A DNA stretch of 64,000 nucleotides from assembly GCA_031274995.1 (NCBI GenBank), contig JAISPJ010000013.1, positions 86 to 64,085 on the forward strand. Direction: 5' to 3'. The first letter of the stretch is position 1; the number at the start of each line of letters is the position of its first letter. Shown piece by piece: positions 19,187 to 30,642 of this stretch. The position numbers were made by a program, and so were the translations under genes. Origin of the DNA: Azoarcus sp. GTDB taxonomy: Bacteria > Pseudomonadota > Gammaproteobacteria > Burkholderiales > Rhodocyclaceae. The notes under the pieces were generated by a model, which had not been told where the DNA came from, searched no databases, and saw only the letters and a list, made by a program, of their open reading frames with translations.

Positions 19187-20833
19187 TTACATACCCTGAT
19201 AAATTGGCCCTTCACCGCCTTGGGGCGTGACCCATTCGATGTTCTGCGTCGGGTCTTTGATATCGCAGGTCTTGCAATGCAGGCAGTTCGAACTGTTGAT
19301 CTGGAGCCGTGGCCTGCCGTTTTCGCCGTCATTGACGATCTCATAGACTCCCGCCGGGCAGTAGCGTTGCTCGGGCGAGTCGTAGACTTCCAGGTTGATG
19401 GAAACGGCGGCTTCAGGGTTCTTGAGCTGTAAGTGGCAAGGCTGGTCTTCTTCGTGGTTGGTGTTGGAGAGGAAGACCGAGGACAGGCGGTCGAAAGTCA
19501 GTGCGCCATCGGGCTTGGGATAGTCGATCTTCTGGCATTCGGCGGCGGGTTTGAGCTTGTCGTGGTCGCTGTGGTTGTGCATCGTCCAGGGAGCCTTGCC
19601 GAAGAAGAGTTTTTGATCCATGCCAAAGAGCATGGAACCAACCCAGAAAGATTTCTTCATCATCGGCTTGAAGTTGCGCGTCTTGTGCAACTCGGTGTAA
19701 AGCCACGACTCTCGGAAAGCGATGGGGTAGGCAGTGAGAGTGTCGCGCTGGCGATTGGCAACGACGGCATCAAACGTGGCCCCGGCGACAAGTGTGCCGG
19801 ACTTGATGGCAGCGTGGTTGCCCTTGATGCGGGCGGCGTTGAGGAAGCCCGCGTTGTCGCCGATGAGCGCACCGCCGGGGAAGACCAGACGCGGCAGGCT
19901 CTGGATGTTGCCGGTGGCAATGGCGCGTGCGCCGTAAGCCAGACGTTTGCCCCCTTCCAGGAATTTGCGAATATCGGGGTGAGTCTTGTAACGCTGCATT
20001 TCCTCGAACGGCGACAGGAAGGGATTGGTGTAATTCAAGCCGACGACAAAACCTGTCTGGATGAGATTGTCATCGAGGTGGTACATGAATGAACCCCCGT
20101 AGACATCGTTGGTGAGCGGCCAGCCTGCGGTGTGAACGATGAGACCGGGATTGTGATAGGGGTTGCCGGGAACTTCCCATAGTTCCTTTATGCCGATGCC
20201 GAAGACTTGCGGGTCGGAGCCTTCGCGCAGGTTGTATCTGGCTTCGAGGCGTTTGGCGAGATGGCCCCGGCAACCTTCCGCGAAGAGGGTATATTTGGCG
20301 AGGAGTTCCATGCCGGGCTGGAAGTTTGGCCCGTGCGTGCCGTCGTGCAGTATGCCCATGTCGCCCGTGACAACGCCCTTGACCGCGCCGTTTTCGTCAT
20401 AGAGCACGTCTGCGCCCGCAAAACCCGGATAGACTTCTACGCCCAGCGCCTCGGCCTGTTCGCCCATCCATTTGACGATTTCGCCCATGCGGACGATGTA
20501 ATTTCCGTGATTGTCGAAACAGTCCGGCATGAGCGCGAGCGGAAAAGCATAAGATTTTGTTTCGGTGAGGTACAGGACGCGATCTTCCACTGCATGGGTT
20601 TTGATCGGTGCGCCGCGTTCCTTCCAGTCCGGGAAAAGTTCCTCAAGGGATTTGATATCAAGAACCGTGCCGGACAAAGTATGTGCGCCAATTTCAGCGC
20701 CTTTTTCGATAAGGCACACCGAAACGTCGTGATTGCGTTCGGCGGCAAGCTGCTTGATCCTGATGGCTGCTGCCAGGCCTGACGGGCCACCACCGACGAT
20801 CAAGACATCGAACTCCATCGATTCGCGTTCCAT
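19187..20833 (-). CDS. Electron-transfer flavoprotein:ubiquinone oxidoreductase
   Basis: FAD motif DVLIVGGGPSGLAAAI, LIEKGAEIGAHTLSG, 4Fe-4S ligands RYCPAGVYE...NCLHCKTCDIKDP. Confidence 0.96.
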   Translation of the reverse strand: MERESMEFDVLIVGGGPSGLAAAIRIKQLAAERNHDVSVCLIEKGAEIGAHTLSGTVLDIKSLEELFPDWKERGAPIKTHAVEDRVLYLTETKSYAFPLALMPDCFDNHGNYIVRMGEIVKWMGEQAEALGVEVYPGFAGADVLYDENGAVKGVVTGDMGILHDGTHGPNFQPGMELLAKYTLFAEGCRGHLAKRLEARYNLREGSDPQVFGIGIKELWEVPGNPYHNPGLIVHTAGWPLTNDVYGGSFMYHLDDNLIQTGFVVGLNYTNPFLSPFEEMQRYKTHPDIRKFLEGGKRLAYGARAIATGNIQSLPRLVFPGGALIGDNAGFLNAARIKGNHAAIKSGTLVAGATFDAVVANRQRDTLTAYPIAFRESWLYTELHKTRNFKPMMKKSFWVGSMLFGMDQKLFFGKAPWTMHNHSDHDKLKPAAECQKIDYPKPDGALTFDRLSSVFLSNTNHEEDQPCHLQLKNPEAAVSINLEVYDSPEQRYCPAGVYEIVNDGENGRPRLQINSSNCLHCKTCDIKDPTQNIEWVTPQGGEGPIYQGM

Positions 20834-21023
20834 CCTCTCCTCCTTCCGGGCTCCGTGCTGTTTTTTGCACGAAGCGGCGTTACATGATGGGGCGAGCCGT
20901 TCAGGTTTTGCGCGACTCGCGTTGTCCTGCTAAGGTACGGGCATAGTTTAATACGATAGCACCCGGTGGCTCTTCCTGCCTGACCAAAACAAAAAACAAA
21001 GATAAAAAGGTTTCCTTTTCGTC

Positions 21024-24000
21024 ATGTTCCTTCCAATTCTCCAGTTTCGCGGCGCACCCGCATTTTCCCGCCCCCGTCTTGAACGGATAGTCCGTAATCT
21101 TGCCCCGGGTGTACGGGGGCTTGCCGGCCTGACGGCGGAAGCCTGGTATTTCACCGAAATCAACGACATGCTTTCCGGCGAAGAACAGGCGCGGCTTTGT
21201 GAACTGCTGGATGCCCGTGTGCCGGACGGCGAGCTTCCTCCTGGTGTTTTGCGCTTGGTGACGCCCCGGCTCGGCACGATTTCGCCGTGGTCGTCGAAAG
21301 CCACGGACATCGCGCGCCAGTGCGGTTTTGACAAGGTGACGCGCATCGAGCGCGGCATCGCGTATTTCATCGACTCCGCCAACCCGCCCGTGGTCGCGCC
21401 CGCCGCGCTGCACGACCGCATGACCGAGTCGGTGCTGGCGGCATTCGATGAGGCGGCGGCGCTGTTCCATCACTACGCGCCCAAGTCGCTTGCCACGGTA
21501 AATATCATCCATGGCGGGCGAGTTGCGCTGGAAGCGGCCAACGCGGAACTGGGGCTGGCGCTCTCCGGCGACGAGGTGGATTATCTCCTCGAAAACTTCA
21601 TCCGCATGGGGCGTAATCCTACGGACGTGGAATTGACGATGTTCGCGCAGGCCAATTCCGAACATTGCCGCCACAAGATTTTCAATGCCGACTGGGTGAT
21701 CGACGCGCGTCCGATGGAGAAGTCGCTCTTCGCCATGATCCGTGACACCCACAAGGCGCATCCCGGCGGCACGGTGGTGGCTTACACGGACAATGCCTCG
21801 GTGATCGAAGGCGGTGAGGCCGGGCGGCTTTACCCGGATTCCGACGGCGTTTTCCGTTTTCATGCCGAAACGGCGCACATTCTCGCCAAGGTGGAGACAC
21901 ACAACCACCCGACCGCGATTTCGCCGTTCCCGGGCGCGTCGACCGGCGCGGGCGGGGAAATCCGCGACGAGGGCGCAACCGGGCGCGGTGCGCGGCCCAA
22001 GGCGGGGCTGGCCGGGTTTTCGGTTTCCAATCTCGCCATTCCCGGGTTCAATCAGCCGTGGGAAGAACCCTACGGCAAACCGGACCGCATCGCCTCGGCG
22101 CTCGACATCATGATCGATGGCCCGCTGGGCGCGGCGGCCTTCAACAATGAATTCGGAAGGCCGAATCTGGCCGGTTATTTCCGCGCTTTCGAGCAAATCG
22201 TTGCAGGCGAGGTGCGCGGCTATCACAAACCAATCATGATCGCGGGCGGTATCGGCAACATCCAGGCGCAACAGGCGGAAAAACCCATGTTCCCGTCGGG
22301 GACGCTGCTGATCCAGTTGGGCGGGCCGGGAATGCTGATCGGCCTGGGCGGCGGCGCGGCGTCGAGCATGGCCGCCGGAGCCAACACGGCCGACCTCGAT
22401 TTTGCCTCCGTGCAGCGCGGCAACCCCGAAATCCAGCGCCGCTGCCAGGAAGTGATCGACGCCTGCTGGCAGCGGGGGGATGCCAATCCCATTATTGCCA
22501 TTCACGACGTCGGCGCGGGTGGGCTTTCCAACGCCATGCCTGAACTCGCCGACCATGCCGGGCTGGGCGCGCGTTTTGAGCTGCGCGAAGTGAAAATCGA
22601 AGAACCCGGAATGAGTCCGCGCGAAATCTGGAGCAACGAGGCGCAGGAACGTTACGTGCTGGCGATTTCCCCGAAAAATCTCAATGTGTTCTCCTCGATC
22701 TGCGAGCGCGAGCGTTGCCCGTTTGCCGTGCTCGGCGCGGCCAGCCGCGACGGGCGTCTGATGGTGAATGACCGTCATTTCGGCAACACGCCGGTCGATA
22801 TGGAAATGAAAGTCCTGCTCGGCAAGCCCCCGAAAATGACCCGCAATGTCTCGCGCCGCGCGGTGCATCTGCCGCCCTTCGAAGTTACCGGGCTTGATCT
22901 GAATGAGGCGGCGCTGCGTGTGCTGCGCAATCCGGCGGTTGCCAGCAAACGCTTTCTCATCACGATCGGCGACCGCTCGGTCGGCGGGCTGACCGCGCGG
23001 GATCAGATGGTCGGGCCGTGGCAAGTGCCGGTGGCCGATGTCGCGGTCACCGCGATGGCGTTTTCCGGCATCCCGGGCGAAGCCTTCGCTATGGGCGAGC
23101 GCACGCCCTTGGCTTGCGTGAATGCGCCCGCTTCCGGGCGCATGGCGGTGGGAGAGGCCATCACCAACATCGCGGCTGCCGACATCGACTCGCTCACCAG
23201 GGTCAAACTCTCGGCCAACTGGATGGCGGCAGCCGGGCATCGAGGCGAAGACGCCAAACTCTTCGACACCGTGCAGGCCGTGTCCGAATTCTGCATCGCT
23301 GCCGGGCTGTCGATTCCAGTCGGCAAGGATTCGCTCTCGATGCGCACGGCCTGGAAAGAGGGCGAAGAAGACAAACAGGTCATCGCCCCGCTCTCGCTCA
23401 TCGTCACGGCCTTTGCGCCCGTGGCGGACATCCGCCGTACCCTGACCCCGCAACTTCAGTTCCCGGAAAATGAGGAAACCGAACTCATCCTCATCGACCT
23501 GGGCCGGGGCGCACATCGCTTGGGCGGCTCCGTGCTCACGCAGGTCTTTAATTCCGTCGGCGAACATGCGCCGGATATTGCCCCGCAGGATCTCGCCGCC
23601 TTCTTCGGCGCAATTCGCCGACTTTGCCGTGACGACCTGATTCTCGCTTACCACGACCGCAGCGACGGGGGACTGTTCGCCACCGTCTGCGAAATGGCTT
23701 TTGCCAGCCGCTGCGGCCTGTCACTGGTGCTTGACACCGTCTGCTACGACAATGCGATGAACGACGCCGATGGCCTCGACAAGAACCCGGAACTGCTCAA
23801 GGGCCGCTTCGACGACCGCCTGTTCGGAGCGCTCTTTGCCGAAGAACTCGGAGCCGTCGTGCAGATCCGCCGCCGTGACCGCTCGGCGGTCGGTGCCATC
23901 CTGAACGGCGCGGGGCTGGATTACCACTTCATCGGAGAGCCGAACGACAAGGACGAAATCCGTTTCCGCCGCAACGCCCGCCTGGTGCTTTCCGCGCCGC

Positions 24001-24956
24001 GTGTGGATTGGTTGCGCGTTTGGTCGGAAGTTGGCTATCAGATCGCCCGCCTGCGCGACGATACCGGATGCGTGCAGGAGGAATTCGACTCGCTCGCCGA
24101 TACCGACGACCCGGGACTCTCCGTAAGCCTCGCCTTCGATATCTATGAAGACGTTGCTGCTCCCTTCATCGCAATTGGCGCCCGCCCGAAGGTCGCCATC
24201 CTGCGTGAGCAGGGCGTCAACTCACAGTTTGAAATGGCGGCAGCGTTCACCCGCGCGGGCTTCGATGCCGTCGATGTGCACATGTCCGATTTGCAATCGG
24301 GCCGTCATGATCTCGCGCAATTCAGGGGGCTTGCCGCCTGCGGCGGTTTCTCCTACGGCGACGTGCTCGGCGCGGGGCAGGGCTGGGCGAAATCCATCCT
24401 CTTCAACCCGGCGCTGCGCGAACAATTTGAAGCCTTTTTTACCCGATCTGATACTTTTGCGCTGGGGGTCTGCAACGGATGCCAGATGATGGCGCACCTT
24501 GCTCCCATCATCCCCGGCGCAGAGAATTGGCCGCGCTTTTACCGCAACCGCAGCGAACAGTTCGAGGCCCGTTTCTCGATGGTGGAAGTGCTTGAAAATC
24601 CCTCCATCTTCCTTTCCGGCATGGCGGGCAGCCGTATGCCCATCGTCGTGAGCCACGGCGAGGGAAGGGCTGCTTTTCAGAATGAGGCCGCGCAGGCCGC
24701 CTCGCTGGTTGCAGTGCGCTATATCGGCAATCGGGGCGAACCGGCAAGGCTCTACCCCGCCAACCCCAACGGCTCCCCCGAAGGCGTTACCGGCTTCACC
24801 ACACCGGACGGGCGCTTCACCATCATGATGCCCCATCCCGAACGGTCCGCCCGCACGCTTCAAATGTCCTGGTCGCCTCGGTGGCTGCTTGAACAAAGCC
24901 CGGACGCTTCGCCGTGGTTGAGGATGTTCTGGAATGCGCGGAAGTGGGTGGGGTGA
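21024..24956 (+). CDS. purL: Phosphoribosylformylglycinamidine synthase (large, single-chain form)
   Basis: 1310 aa; [43 protein letters not shown], GATase GVCNGCQM and MMPHPER. Confidence 0.98.
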   Translation: MFLPILQFRGAPAFSRPRLERIVRNLAPGVRGLAGLTAEAWYFTEINDMLSGEEQARLCELLDARVPDGELPPGVLRLVTPRLGTISPWSSKATDIARQCGFDKVTRIERGIAYFIDSANPPVVAPAALHDRMTESVLAAFDEAAALFHHYAPKSLATVNIIHGGRVALEAANAELGLALSGDEVDYLLENFIRMGRNPTDVELTMFAQANSEHCRHKIFNADWVIDARPMEKSLFAMIRDTHKAHPGGTVVAYTDNASVIEGGEAGRLYPDSDGVFRFHAETAHILAKVETHNHPTAISPFPGASTGAGGEIRDEGATGRGARPKAGLAGFSVSNLAIPGFNQPWEEPYGKPDRIASALDIMIDGPLGAAAFNNEFGRPNLAGYFRAFEQIVAGEVRGYHKPIMIAGGIGNIQAQQAEKPMFPSGTLLIQLGGPGMLIGLGGGAASSMAAGANTADLDFASVQRGNPEIQRRCQEVIDACWQRGDANPIIAIHDVGAGGLSNAMPELADHAGLGARFELREVKIEEPGMSPREIWSNEAQERYVLAISPKNLNVFSSICERERCPFAVLGAASRDGRLMVNDRHFGNTPVDMEMKVLLGKPPKMTRNVSRRAVHLPPFEVTGLDLNEAALRVLRNPAVASKRFLITIGDRSVGGLTARDQMVGPWQVPVADVAVTAMAFSGIPGEAFAMGERTPLACVNAPASGRMAVGEAITNIAAADIDSLTRVKLSANWMAAAGHRGEDAKLFDTVQAVSEFCIAAGLSIPVGKDSLSMRTAWKEGEEDKQVIAPLSLIVTAFAPVADIRRTLTPQLQFPENEETELILIDLGRGAHRLGGSVLTQVFNSVGEHAPDIAPQDLAAFFGAIRRLCRDDLILAYHDRSDGGLFATVCEMAFASRCGLSLVLDTVCYDNAMNDADGLDKNPELLKGRFDDRLFGALFAEELGAVVQIRRRDRSAVGAILNGAGLDYHFIGEPNDKDEIRFRRNARLVLSAPRVDWLRVWSEVGYQIARLRDDTGCVQEEFDSLADTDDPGLSVSLAFDIYEDVAAPFIAIGARPKVAILREQGVNSQFEMAAAFTRAGFDAVDVHMSDLQSGRHDLAQFRGLAACGGFSYGDVLGAGQGWAKSILFNPALREQFEAFFTRSDTFALGVCNGCQMMAHLAPIIPGAENWPRFYRNRSEQFEARFSMVEVLENPSIFLSGMAGSRMPIVVSHGEGRAAFQNEAAQAASLVAVRYIGNRGEPARLYPANPNGSPEGVTGFTTPDGRFTIMMPHPERSARTLQMSWSPRWLLEQSPDASPWLRMFWNARKWVG

Positions 24957-24994
24957 TGGGGTAGGATAGAAGCCTCGTTACACAGGTAAAAGAT

Positions 24995-25285
24995 ATGTTG
25001 CTGGATCAGATCCTTGTACAAAAAAACCAGATCGCCGCGTTGGGCAACCAATATGGTGCGCGGCGAATTCGTGTATTCGGATCGGTGGCGCGGGGAGAAG
25101 AGCGTCCCGACAGCGACGTGGATTTTCTGGTCGATTTTGATCGTGGCTACGATCTTTTTCGCCAACGCTTGCCTCTGACGAGGCAGTTATCTGAATTACT
25201 TGGGCGGCGTGTCGATCTGATTCCTGAACATGAACTGAACGAACATTTGCGTGAAAACGTTTTGCGGGAATCTGTGGAGATATGA
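24995..25285 (+). CDS. Minimal nucleotidyltransferase (MntA-like antitoxin)
   Basis: FGSVARGEERPDSDVDFLV = GS-x10-DxD; 96 aa; overlaps the following HEPN gene. Confidence 0.9.
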   Translation: MLLDQILVQKNQIAALGNQYGARRIRVFGSVARGEERPDSDVDFLVDFDRGYDLFRQRLPLTRQLSELLGRRVDLIPEHELNEHLRENVLRESVEI

Positions 25286-25653
25286 ACAAGCCCTGGCAGC
25301 CTTATGCCAAACATATTCTGGACGCTATTGCCAGAATCAGGCGTATTCAAATGCGCGGCGATATCACGCAAGACGATATTCTCTATGATGCTGCGTTACG
25401 TAATCTGCAAACGCTGTCTGAAGCCACGCAACTCCTGCCCCCGGAGGAAAAAGAGCGTTATTCTGAAATTCCGTGGCGAGACATCAGCGGTTTTCGCAAC
25501 ATCCTCGTACACAACTATCTGGGAACCATCGATCCCATAGCCGTTGTCGGCGTGATCGAACAGCATCTTGATCCGTTGGAAGTGTGCGTCCAGGATATGC
25601 TTGCGGGTGTGCGCCTTGTCGCTTCACAGGCATACAAACGAGGATTACCATAA
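25282..25653 (+). CDS. HEPN/DUF86 ribonuclease (HepT-like toxin)
   Basis: IPWRDISGFRNILVHNY contains Rx4HxY; paired with the MNT gene. Confidence 0.9.
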   Translation: MNKPWQPYAKHILDAIARIRRIQMRGDITQDDILYDAALRNLQTLSEATQLLPPEEKERYSEIPWRDISGFRNILVHNYLGTIDPIAVVGVIEQHLDPLEVCVQDMLAGVRLVASQAYKRGLP

Positions 25654-25686
25654 AATATCCGAATGGACTGATTCCAGGGGTCTGTC

Positions 25687-26193
25687 ATGAACGTTTCGTA
25701 TTACCAGTTGGCGGTGGAGGGGAACCTCCGTGTTTTGCACAATCTGTCGCACCTGCTCGACAAAGCGGCGGCGTTCTGCGTCGAACGCAAGATCGAGGAG
25801 CGTGCATTGCTTGATGCGCGGTTGTTCCCGGACATGTTTCCGCTGGTGCGCCAGGCACAGATCGTCAGCGACATGGCAAAAGGCTGCGCGGCGCGCCTGG
25901 CCGGACAGGAACCGCCGAGTTTCGAGAATAAGGAAACCAGTTTCGCTGAGTTGCAAAATCTTGTTGCCAGGACTGCCGCGTATTTGAAAACGGTCAAAGA
26001 AGCAGATTTTGTCGGCAGCGAGAATCGCGAGATTCTCCCGCCGCACCGGGATAAACCGATGCGCGGCGAAATCTTTCTGCTGTGCCACGCGTTACCGAAT
26101 ATTTATTTTCACATCACGACGGCCTACAACATTCTGCGCCATAACGGCGTGCCGGTCGGCAAGGCGGATTTTATCGGGCCGTTTCGGGATTGA
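25687..26193 (+). CDS. DUF1993 family protein
   Basis: LLDARLFPDMFPLVRQAQIVSD...LPNIYFHITTAYNILRHNGVPVGKADFIG. Confidence 0.88.
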   Translation: MNVSYYQLAVEGNLRVLHNLSHLLDKAAAFCVERKIEERALLDARLFPDMFPLVRQAQIVSDMAKGCAARLAGQEPPSFENKETSFAELQNLVARTAAYLKTVKEADFVGSENREILPPHRDKPMRGEIFLLCHALPNIYFHITTAYNILRHNGVPVGKADFIGPFRD

Positions 26194-26236
26194 TGGATTG
26201 GTAAAGTCAACATTCGTCGTGTTTCAGGAGTTTGTC

Positions 26237-26917
26237 ATGCGCAAATTTATCATTCTTGTTGCCCTGCTGCTGTCCGGGGCGGCTCATGCACTTTCTCTCG
26301 ATCAGATCACCAGCAGTGACGCGACCGCCGGCCTCAAGGAGGCTCTTACCCAGGGGGCAGGCAAGGCCGTTGATCTGCTCGGCAGGGAAAATGGTTTTCT
26401 TGGCAATCCCAGGGTGCGGATTCCCTTACCCGATAAACTGGACAGGGCGGGAAAAATGATGCGCTCCGTTGGGTTGGGCAAGCAGGTCGATGAGCTGGAA
26501 ACCACCCTCAACCGCGCAGCCGAGGCCGCCGTGCCCGAAGCGAAGAAGCTGCTGGTGGATTCGATCAAGAACATGTCCGTGCAGGATGCCAAAGGCATTC
26601 TTGCCGGTGGCAACACCTCCGGCACCGAATATTTCCGCCGAACCACGTCGGCTCCGCTCGGCGATAAATTTCGGCCCATCGTGCAGCAGGCGATCACCAA
26701 GGTGAAACTGGCCGAGCAGTACAACAAATTTGCGGGTAGCGCTGCCAGGTTCGGGCTTATCAGCAAAAATGACAGCAGCCTGGACAGCTATGTCACGAAC
26801 AAGGCGCTCGATGGTCTCTTTATGATGATAGCGGAAGAGGAGAAGGCAATCCGCGAGAATCCGCTTGGCGCGGCCGGCAGTTTGGCGCAGAAAGTATTTG
26901 GTGTGCTCCGCAACTAG
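26237..26917 (+). CDS. DUF4197 family exported protein
   Basis: Signal peptide; AGLKEALTQGA...GFLGN..VRIPLP...LNRAAEAA...YVTNKALDGLF..IAEEEKAIRENP. Confidence 0.9.
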   Translation: MRKFIILVALLLSGAAHALSLDQITSSDATAGLKEALTQGAGKAVDLLGRENGFLGNPRVRIPLPDKLDRAGKMMRSVGLGKQVDELETTLNRAAEAAVPEAKKLLVDSIKNMSVQDAKGILAGGNTSGTEYFRRTTSAPLGDKFRPIVQQAITKVKLAEQYNKFAGSAARFGLISKNDSSLDSYVTNKALDGLFMMIAEEEKAIRENPLGAAGSLAQKVFGVLRN

Positions 26918-26970
26918 GGCGTTTTTTGTTTGATCCCGTACAGCATGAAATGGAGAGAATTTTTCTGGAT

Positions 26971-27018
26971 TCCCGCTTCCCGCCCGGGAGCCTGTTGCTT
27001 TCGGCGCGGGAGGCGGGA
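26971..27018. terminator. GC-rich hairpin between convergent genes
   Basis: TCCCGCTTCCCGC (26971-26983) pairs with GCGGGAGGCGGGA (27006-27018); no clear U tract. Confidence 0.45.
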
Positions 27019-27060
27019 CAGGTGCCTGAGATCATTGCTCCGTCAATGGATGGCGCACGA

Positions 27061-27363
27061 TCAACGGTAACGGCGGTACCGGCCATCATTCCTGTACATC
27101 CCGTGGTGCCGCACATCATGGCGTGGCGGCGCGTACCCATGACGCACAACAACATGACGAGGCGGCTCGACGTAATATGTCTCCTGATAAACGACAGGCC
27201 GTGGCACGGATGCCGCGATAATGGCCGCCGGCAGTACCAGGGGTGCCAGCAGAATGTCGCGGATAATGTGTCCGTCGCTACGAGCCGAAGCGGGGGCGCT
27301 GAAGCAGACACTGACAACGACCAGGGCGGCCAGTGCAACGCGCGAGGTTTTACGAAATTCCAT
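27061..27363 (-). CDS. Small exported Pro/Arg/Tyr-rich hypothetical protein
   Basis: Signal peptide ending APASA; VYQETYYVEPPRHVVV...YRRYR; GGGAGA RBS. Confidence 0.7.
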   Translation of the reverse strand: MEFRKTSRVALAALVVVSVCFSAPASARSDGHIIRDILLAPLVLPAAIIAASVPRPVVYQETYYVEPPRHVVVRHGYAPPRHDVRHHGMYRNDGRYRRYR

Positions 27364-27665
27364 GATGTTCTCCCTTGTTGTGCCGGTTGGATTGTTTCGT
27401 TAACCAAGCGGCGGTTTTGAACATGGACACGACGATACCCATTCGCGTCGGCATAATCTTGTCTGGGCGGTAACAGTTTGTAAGCATTTGTAGTGTGCAA
27501 TGCCGCCTTGGGACTTGACCGGACAACCGGTCAGCGCGGCAGGCATGGATGCTGTTGCTGGTTTTTTTGCCGGAGGGGTGGTTCAAAGCAATAGAGCGAT
27601 CAACAAGATTTCCTGTCGGTCTTCATGGAATAATTACACCTTCTGCGTTCTGCTGTTTCCTCTTC

Positions 27666-28643
27666 ATGTTTATATCTCTGCCCGATTTTTCTTCGGCCCG
27701 CCTTGTCGTTGCGGGTGATGTCATGTTTGACCGCTACTGGCACGGCGCAACCACGCGCATTTCGCCTGAAGCGCCGGTGCCTGTCGTGAAGGTGGAGAAT
27801 GATGAATACCGGGCGGGCGGCGCGGGCAACGTGGCGCTCAACGCGGCCGCGATGGGCGCGGCGGTTAACCTCATCGGGTTGGTCGGGCAGGACGAAGCGG
27901 CGCGGCTCCTGGCCGAGAAACTCTCTGCGGGCGGCGTGCAATGTTGCCTGGTCGATGTGCCGGAACATCCGACGATCACCAAGCTGCGGGTTATCAGCCG
28001 CCACCAGCAACTCATCCGGCTCGATTTTGAGAACGATTTTGCCAGCGCGAAAGTACCAGGCATCGAAAACCGCTTCATGGCTCTGCTCGATGATGCCGAC
28101 GCAGTCGTATTTTCCGACTACGGCAAGGGGACGCTTGCCCAGGTGGCGGCGCTGATCGGTGCCGCGCGCGCGCGCGCGCTGCCGGTGGTGGTTGACCCCA
28201 AGGGTACAAATTTCTTTCGTTACCGCAATGCCTCGGTCATTACCCCGAACATGGGGGAGTTCGAAGCGATCGTCGGGTCATGCCCGGACGAGGCGACCGT
28301 GCGTGAGCGTGGCGAAGCCCTGCGCGAGCACCTCTCGCTGGAAGCATTGCTCATCACGCGCTCGGAGCGCGGTATGACCCTGTTGCAGAAAGGCCAGCCA
28401 CCGCTCGACCTTCCCGCCCATGCCCGCGATGTGTTTGATGTGACAGGCGCGGGTGACACCGTGGCGGCCATGCTCGGTGTCTGCATGGCCGGGGGGCTGG
28501 ACTTGCCTCACGCCACCTGGCTTGCCAATGCGGCCGCCGGAATCGTGGTCAGCAGGCTCGGAACCACTACCGTGAGCCGCGCTGAGCTGGCCGAAGCCTT
28601 GGCGCATTCTGATTACGGCTCAAAAACAGGAGATTTCCCATGA
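27666..28643 (+). CDS. rfaE1: D-glycero-beta-D-manno-heptose-7-phosphate kinase (stand-alone kinase domain of HldE)
   Basis: [41 protein letters not shown]; no adenylyltransferase domain follows. Confidence 0.92.
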   Translation: MFISLPDFSSARLVVAGDVMFDRYWHGATTRISPEAPVPVVKVENDEYRAGGAGNVALNAAAMGAAVNLIGLVGQDEAARLLAEKLSAGGVQCCLVDVPEHPTITKLRVISRHQQLIRLDFENDFASAKVPGIENRFMALLDDADAVVFSDYGKGTLAQVAALIGAARARALPVVVDPKGTNFFRYRNASVITPNMGEFEAIVGSCPDEATVRERGEALREHLSLEALLITRSERGMTLLQKGQPPLDLPAHARDVFDVTGAGDTVAAMLGVCMAGGLDLPHATWLANAAAGIVVSRLGTTTVSRAELAEALAHSDYGSKTGDFP

Positions 28644-29605
28644 TGATCGTCACCGGCGGGGCCGGCTTCATCGGCAGCAACCTTGTGCAGGGGTTGAACG
28701 CGAGAGGCATCAGCGACATCCTGGTTGTCGACGACCTCTCCGATGGCCGCAAGAGCCTGAATCTCTCCGACGCCAACATCCGCGACTATCTCGACAAGGA
28801 TGATTTCCTTGTCCGCGTGGAGAAGGGCGAGGCTTTCGGCAGCATCGAGGCGGTGTTCCATGAGGGAGCCTGTTCCACCACGACCGAGTGGGATGGCCGC
28901 TACATGATGAAGGTGAATTTTGAATACACCAAGACAATGCTCTCCTGGTGCGTGGCACGCAAGATACCGTTCATCTACGCCTCTTCGGCAGCAGTCTACG
29001 GCATGGGGCCGACCTTCCGCGAAGAACGGGAGTTTGAGAACCCGCTCAACGTATACGCCTATTCCAAGTTCCTGTTCGATTGTCACCTGCGCGCGCGAAT
29101 GCGGGGCATCTTCAGTCAGGTGGCCGGGTTGCGCTATTTCAACGTTTACGGCCCACGGGAGCAACACAAGGGAGCAATGGCGAGCGTGGCCTTCCATATG
29201 GACACACAGTTGCAGAACAGCGGGAGGTTGCGCCTCTTCGAGGGGTCGGACGGTTACGGGCCGGGCGAGCAGCGGCGCGATTTCATCCATGTCGATGACG
29301 TGGTGGCCGTTAACCTGTGGTTGCTCGATAACCCGCAGGTCTCCGGCATTTTCAACATCGGTACGGGGCGGGCGCAGAGCTTCAACGATGTCGCGCGCGC
29401 TGCGATCGACTGGTATCGGCAGCAGCGCGAAGACCACAGTTTTGGCGGCATTGACTATATTCCTTTCCCGGATCATCTCAGGGGCCGCTACCAGAGCTTC
29501 ACCGAGGCCGATCTTTCCGCATTGCGCGCGGCGGGCTTTGATCGCCCCTTCATGAATGCCGCCACGGGTGTGGCACGTTACCTCGACTGGCTGCATCGTG
29601 GCTGA
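28640..29605 (+). CDS. hldD: ADP-L-glycero-D-manno-heptose 6-epimerase
   Basis: [55 protein letters not shown]. Confidence 0.96.
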   Translation: MMIVTGGAGFIGSNLVQGLNARGISDILVVDDLSDGRKSLNLSDANIRDYLDKDDFLVRVEKGEAFGSIEAVFHEGACSTTTEWDGRYMMKVNFEYTKTMLSWCVARKIPFIYASSAAVYGMGPTFREEREFENPLNVYAYSKFLFDCHLRARMRGIFSQVAGLRYFNVYGPREQHKGAMASVAFHMDTQLQNSGRLRLFEGSDGYGPGEQRRDFIHVDDVVAVNLWLLDNPQVSGIFNIGTGRAQSFNDVARAAIDWYRQQREDHSFGGIDYIPFPDHLRGRYQSFTEADLSALRAAGFDRPFMNAATGVARYLDWLHRG

Positions 29606-29617
29606 ATGCCTGAAACA

Positions 29618-30637
29618 ATGCGAAAAATCTTGATCGTGGGGCCGTCGTGGGTTGGCGACATGGTGATGGCGCAGAGTCTTTTCATGAGCCTGAAAGCCGA
29701 TGGCGAATGCGAAATAGACGTGCTCGCCCCGGCCTGGTCGCTGCCGATCCTTGCACGAATGCCGGAAGTGCGGCGCGGCGTCGTGATGCCGCTGGGGCAT
29801 GGCCAATTTGGCCTGGCCGCACGCTGGCGGCTGGGGAATGAACTCTCCCGCGAGGGGTACGACCAGTCCATCGTGCTGCCCAATTCATTCAAATCGGCCC
29901 TCGCGCCGTTTTTTGCCCGCATTCCACAACGCACCGGCTTTCGCGGAGAGATGCGCTGCGGCCTCATCAACGACATGCGCTTGCTCGACCGAGCCTTGCT
30001 GCCGATGACGGTACAGCGTTTCGTTGCCCTTGGCCAACGCGAGGCCATAGTCGCGCCCGTCTCTTTCCCCGTACCCAGACTCCATGCGAATCCCGCCAAT
30101 CAGACGGCACTGCGGGAACGCTTCAAACTCGATCCCGTACGTCCGGCCATCGTCTTCATGCCGGGCGCGGAATATGGCCCGGCCAAACAATGGCCACCTG
30201 CGCATTTTGCCAAACTGGCGCATCTGCTTGCAGCCCGCGGATTTCAAATATGGGTGCTGGGTTCGGAAAAAGACATCGCTGTCGCCTGTCTGATTGCCAA
30301 CGGCAACCCCTCTGTGCTTGACCTCGCCGGGCACACCAGCCTCGGCGATGTAGTCGATCTCGTTGCGCTTGCCCAGGTTGCCGTCTGCAATGATTCCGGC
30401 CTGATGCATGTTGCCGCCGCGCTCGATGTGCCGCTCATTGCCGTTTTCGGTTCCTCCAGCCCGGAACACACGCCGCCGCTTGCCCGACGGGCCGTCATCG
30501 AAACACTCCGGCTGGAGTGTGCGCCCTGCTTCGAGCGGCACTGCCCGCTTGGTCACACCCGCTGCCTGACCGGCATCGCCCCCGAAAAAGTGCTTGCGGC
30601 GCTGGAGCCCTTTATCGATGCGGCTTTGCTCTCCTGA
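29618..30637 (+). CDS. waaF: LPS heptosyltransferase II
   Basis: ILIVGPSWVGDMVMAQSL, LPNSFKSAL, PGAEYGPAKQWP, NDSGLMHVAAA. Confidence 0.95.
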   Translation: MRKILIVGPSWVGDMVMAQSLFMSLKADGECEIDVLAPAWSLPILARMPEVRRGVVMPLGHGQFGLAARWRLGNELSREGYDQSIVLPNSFKSALAPFFARIPQRTGFRGEMRCGLINDMRLLDRALLPMTVQRFVALGQREAIVAPVSFPVPRLHANPANQTALRERFKLDPVRPAIVFMPGAEYGPAKQWPPAHFAKLAHLLAARGFQIWVLGSEKDIAVACLIANGNPSVLDLAGHTSLGDVVDLVALAQVAVCNDSGLMHVAAALDVPLIAVFGSSSPEHTPPLARRAVIETLRLECAPCFERHCPLGHTRCLTGIAPEKVLAALEPFIDAALLS

Positions 30638-30642
30638 TTTTT

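Noticed and set aside
20901-23654. 917-aa minus-strand ORF, plus the many other long antisense ORFs (e.g. 668-1621, 3974-5083, 6282-7796, 16757-18412, 49884-51485)
   Set aside because: Shadow frames of well-supported genes on the opposite strand, expected at high GC; no recognisable motifs.
27666-28643. Truncated hldE pseudogene
   Set aside because: A separate kinase gene (rfaE1), with the adenylyltransferase encoded elsewhere, is normal in Betaproteobacteria; the ORF is intact and coupled to hldD.
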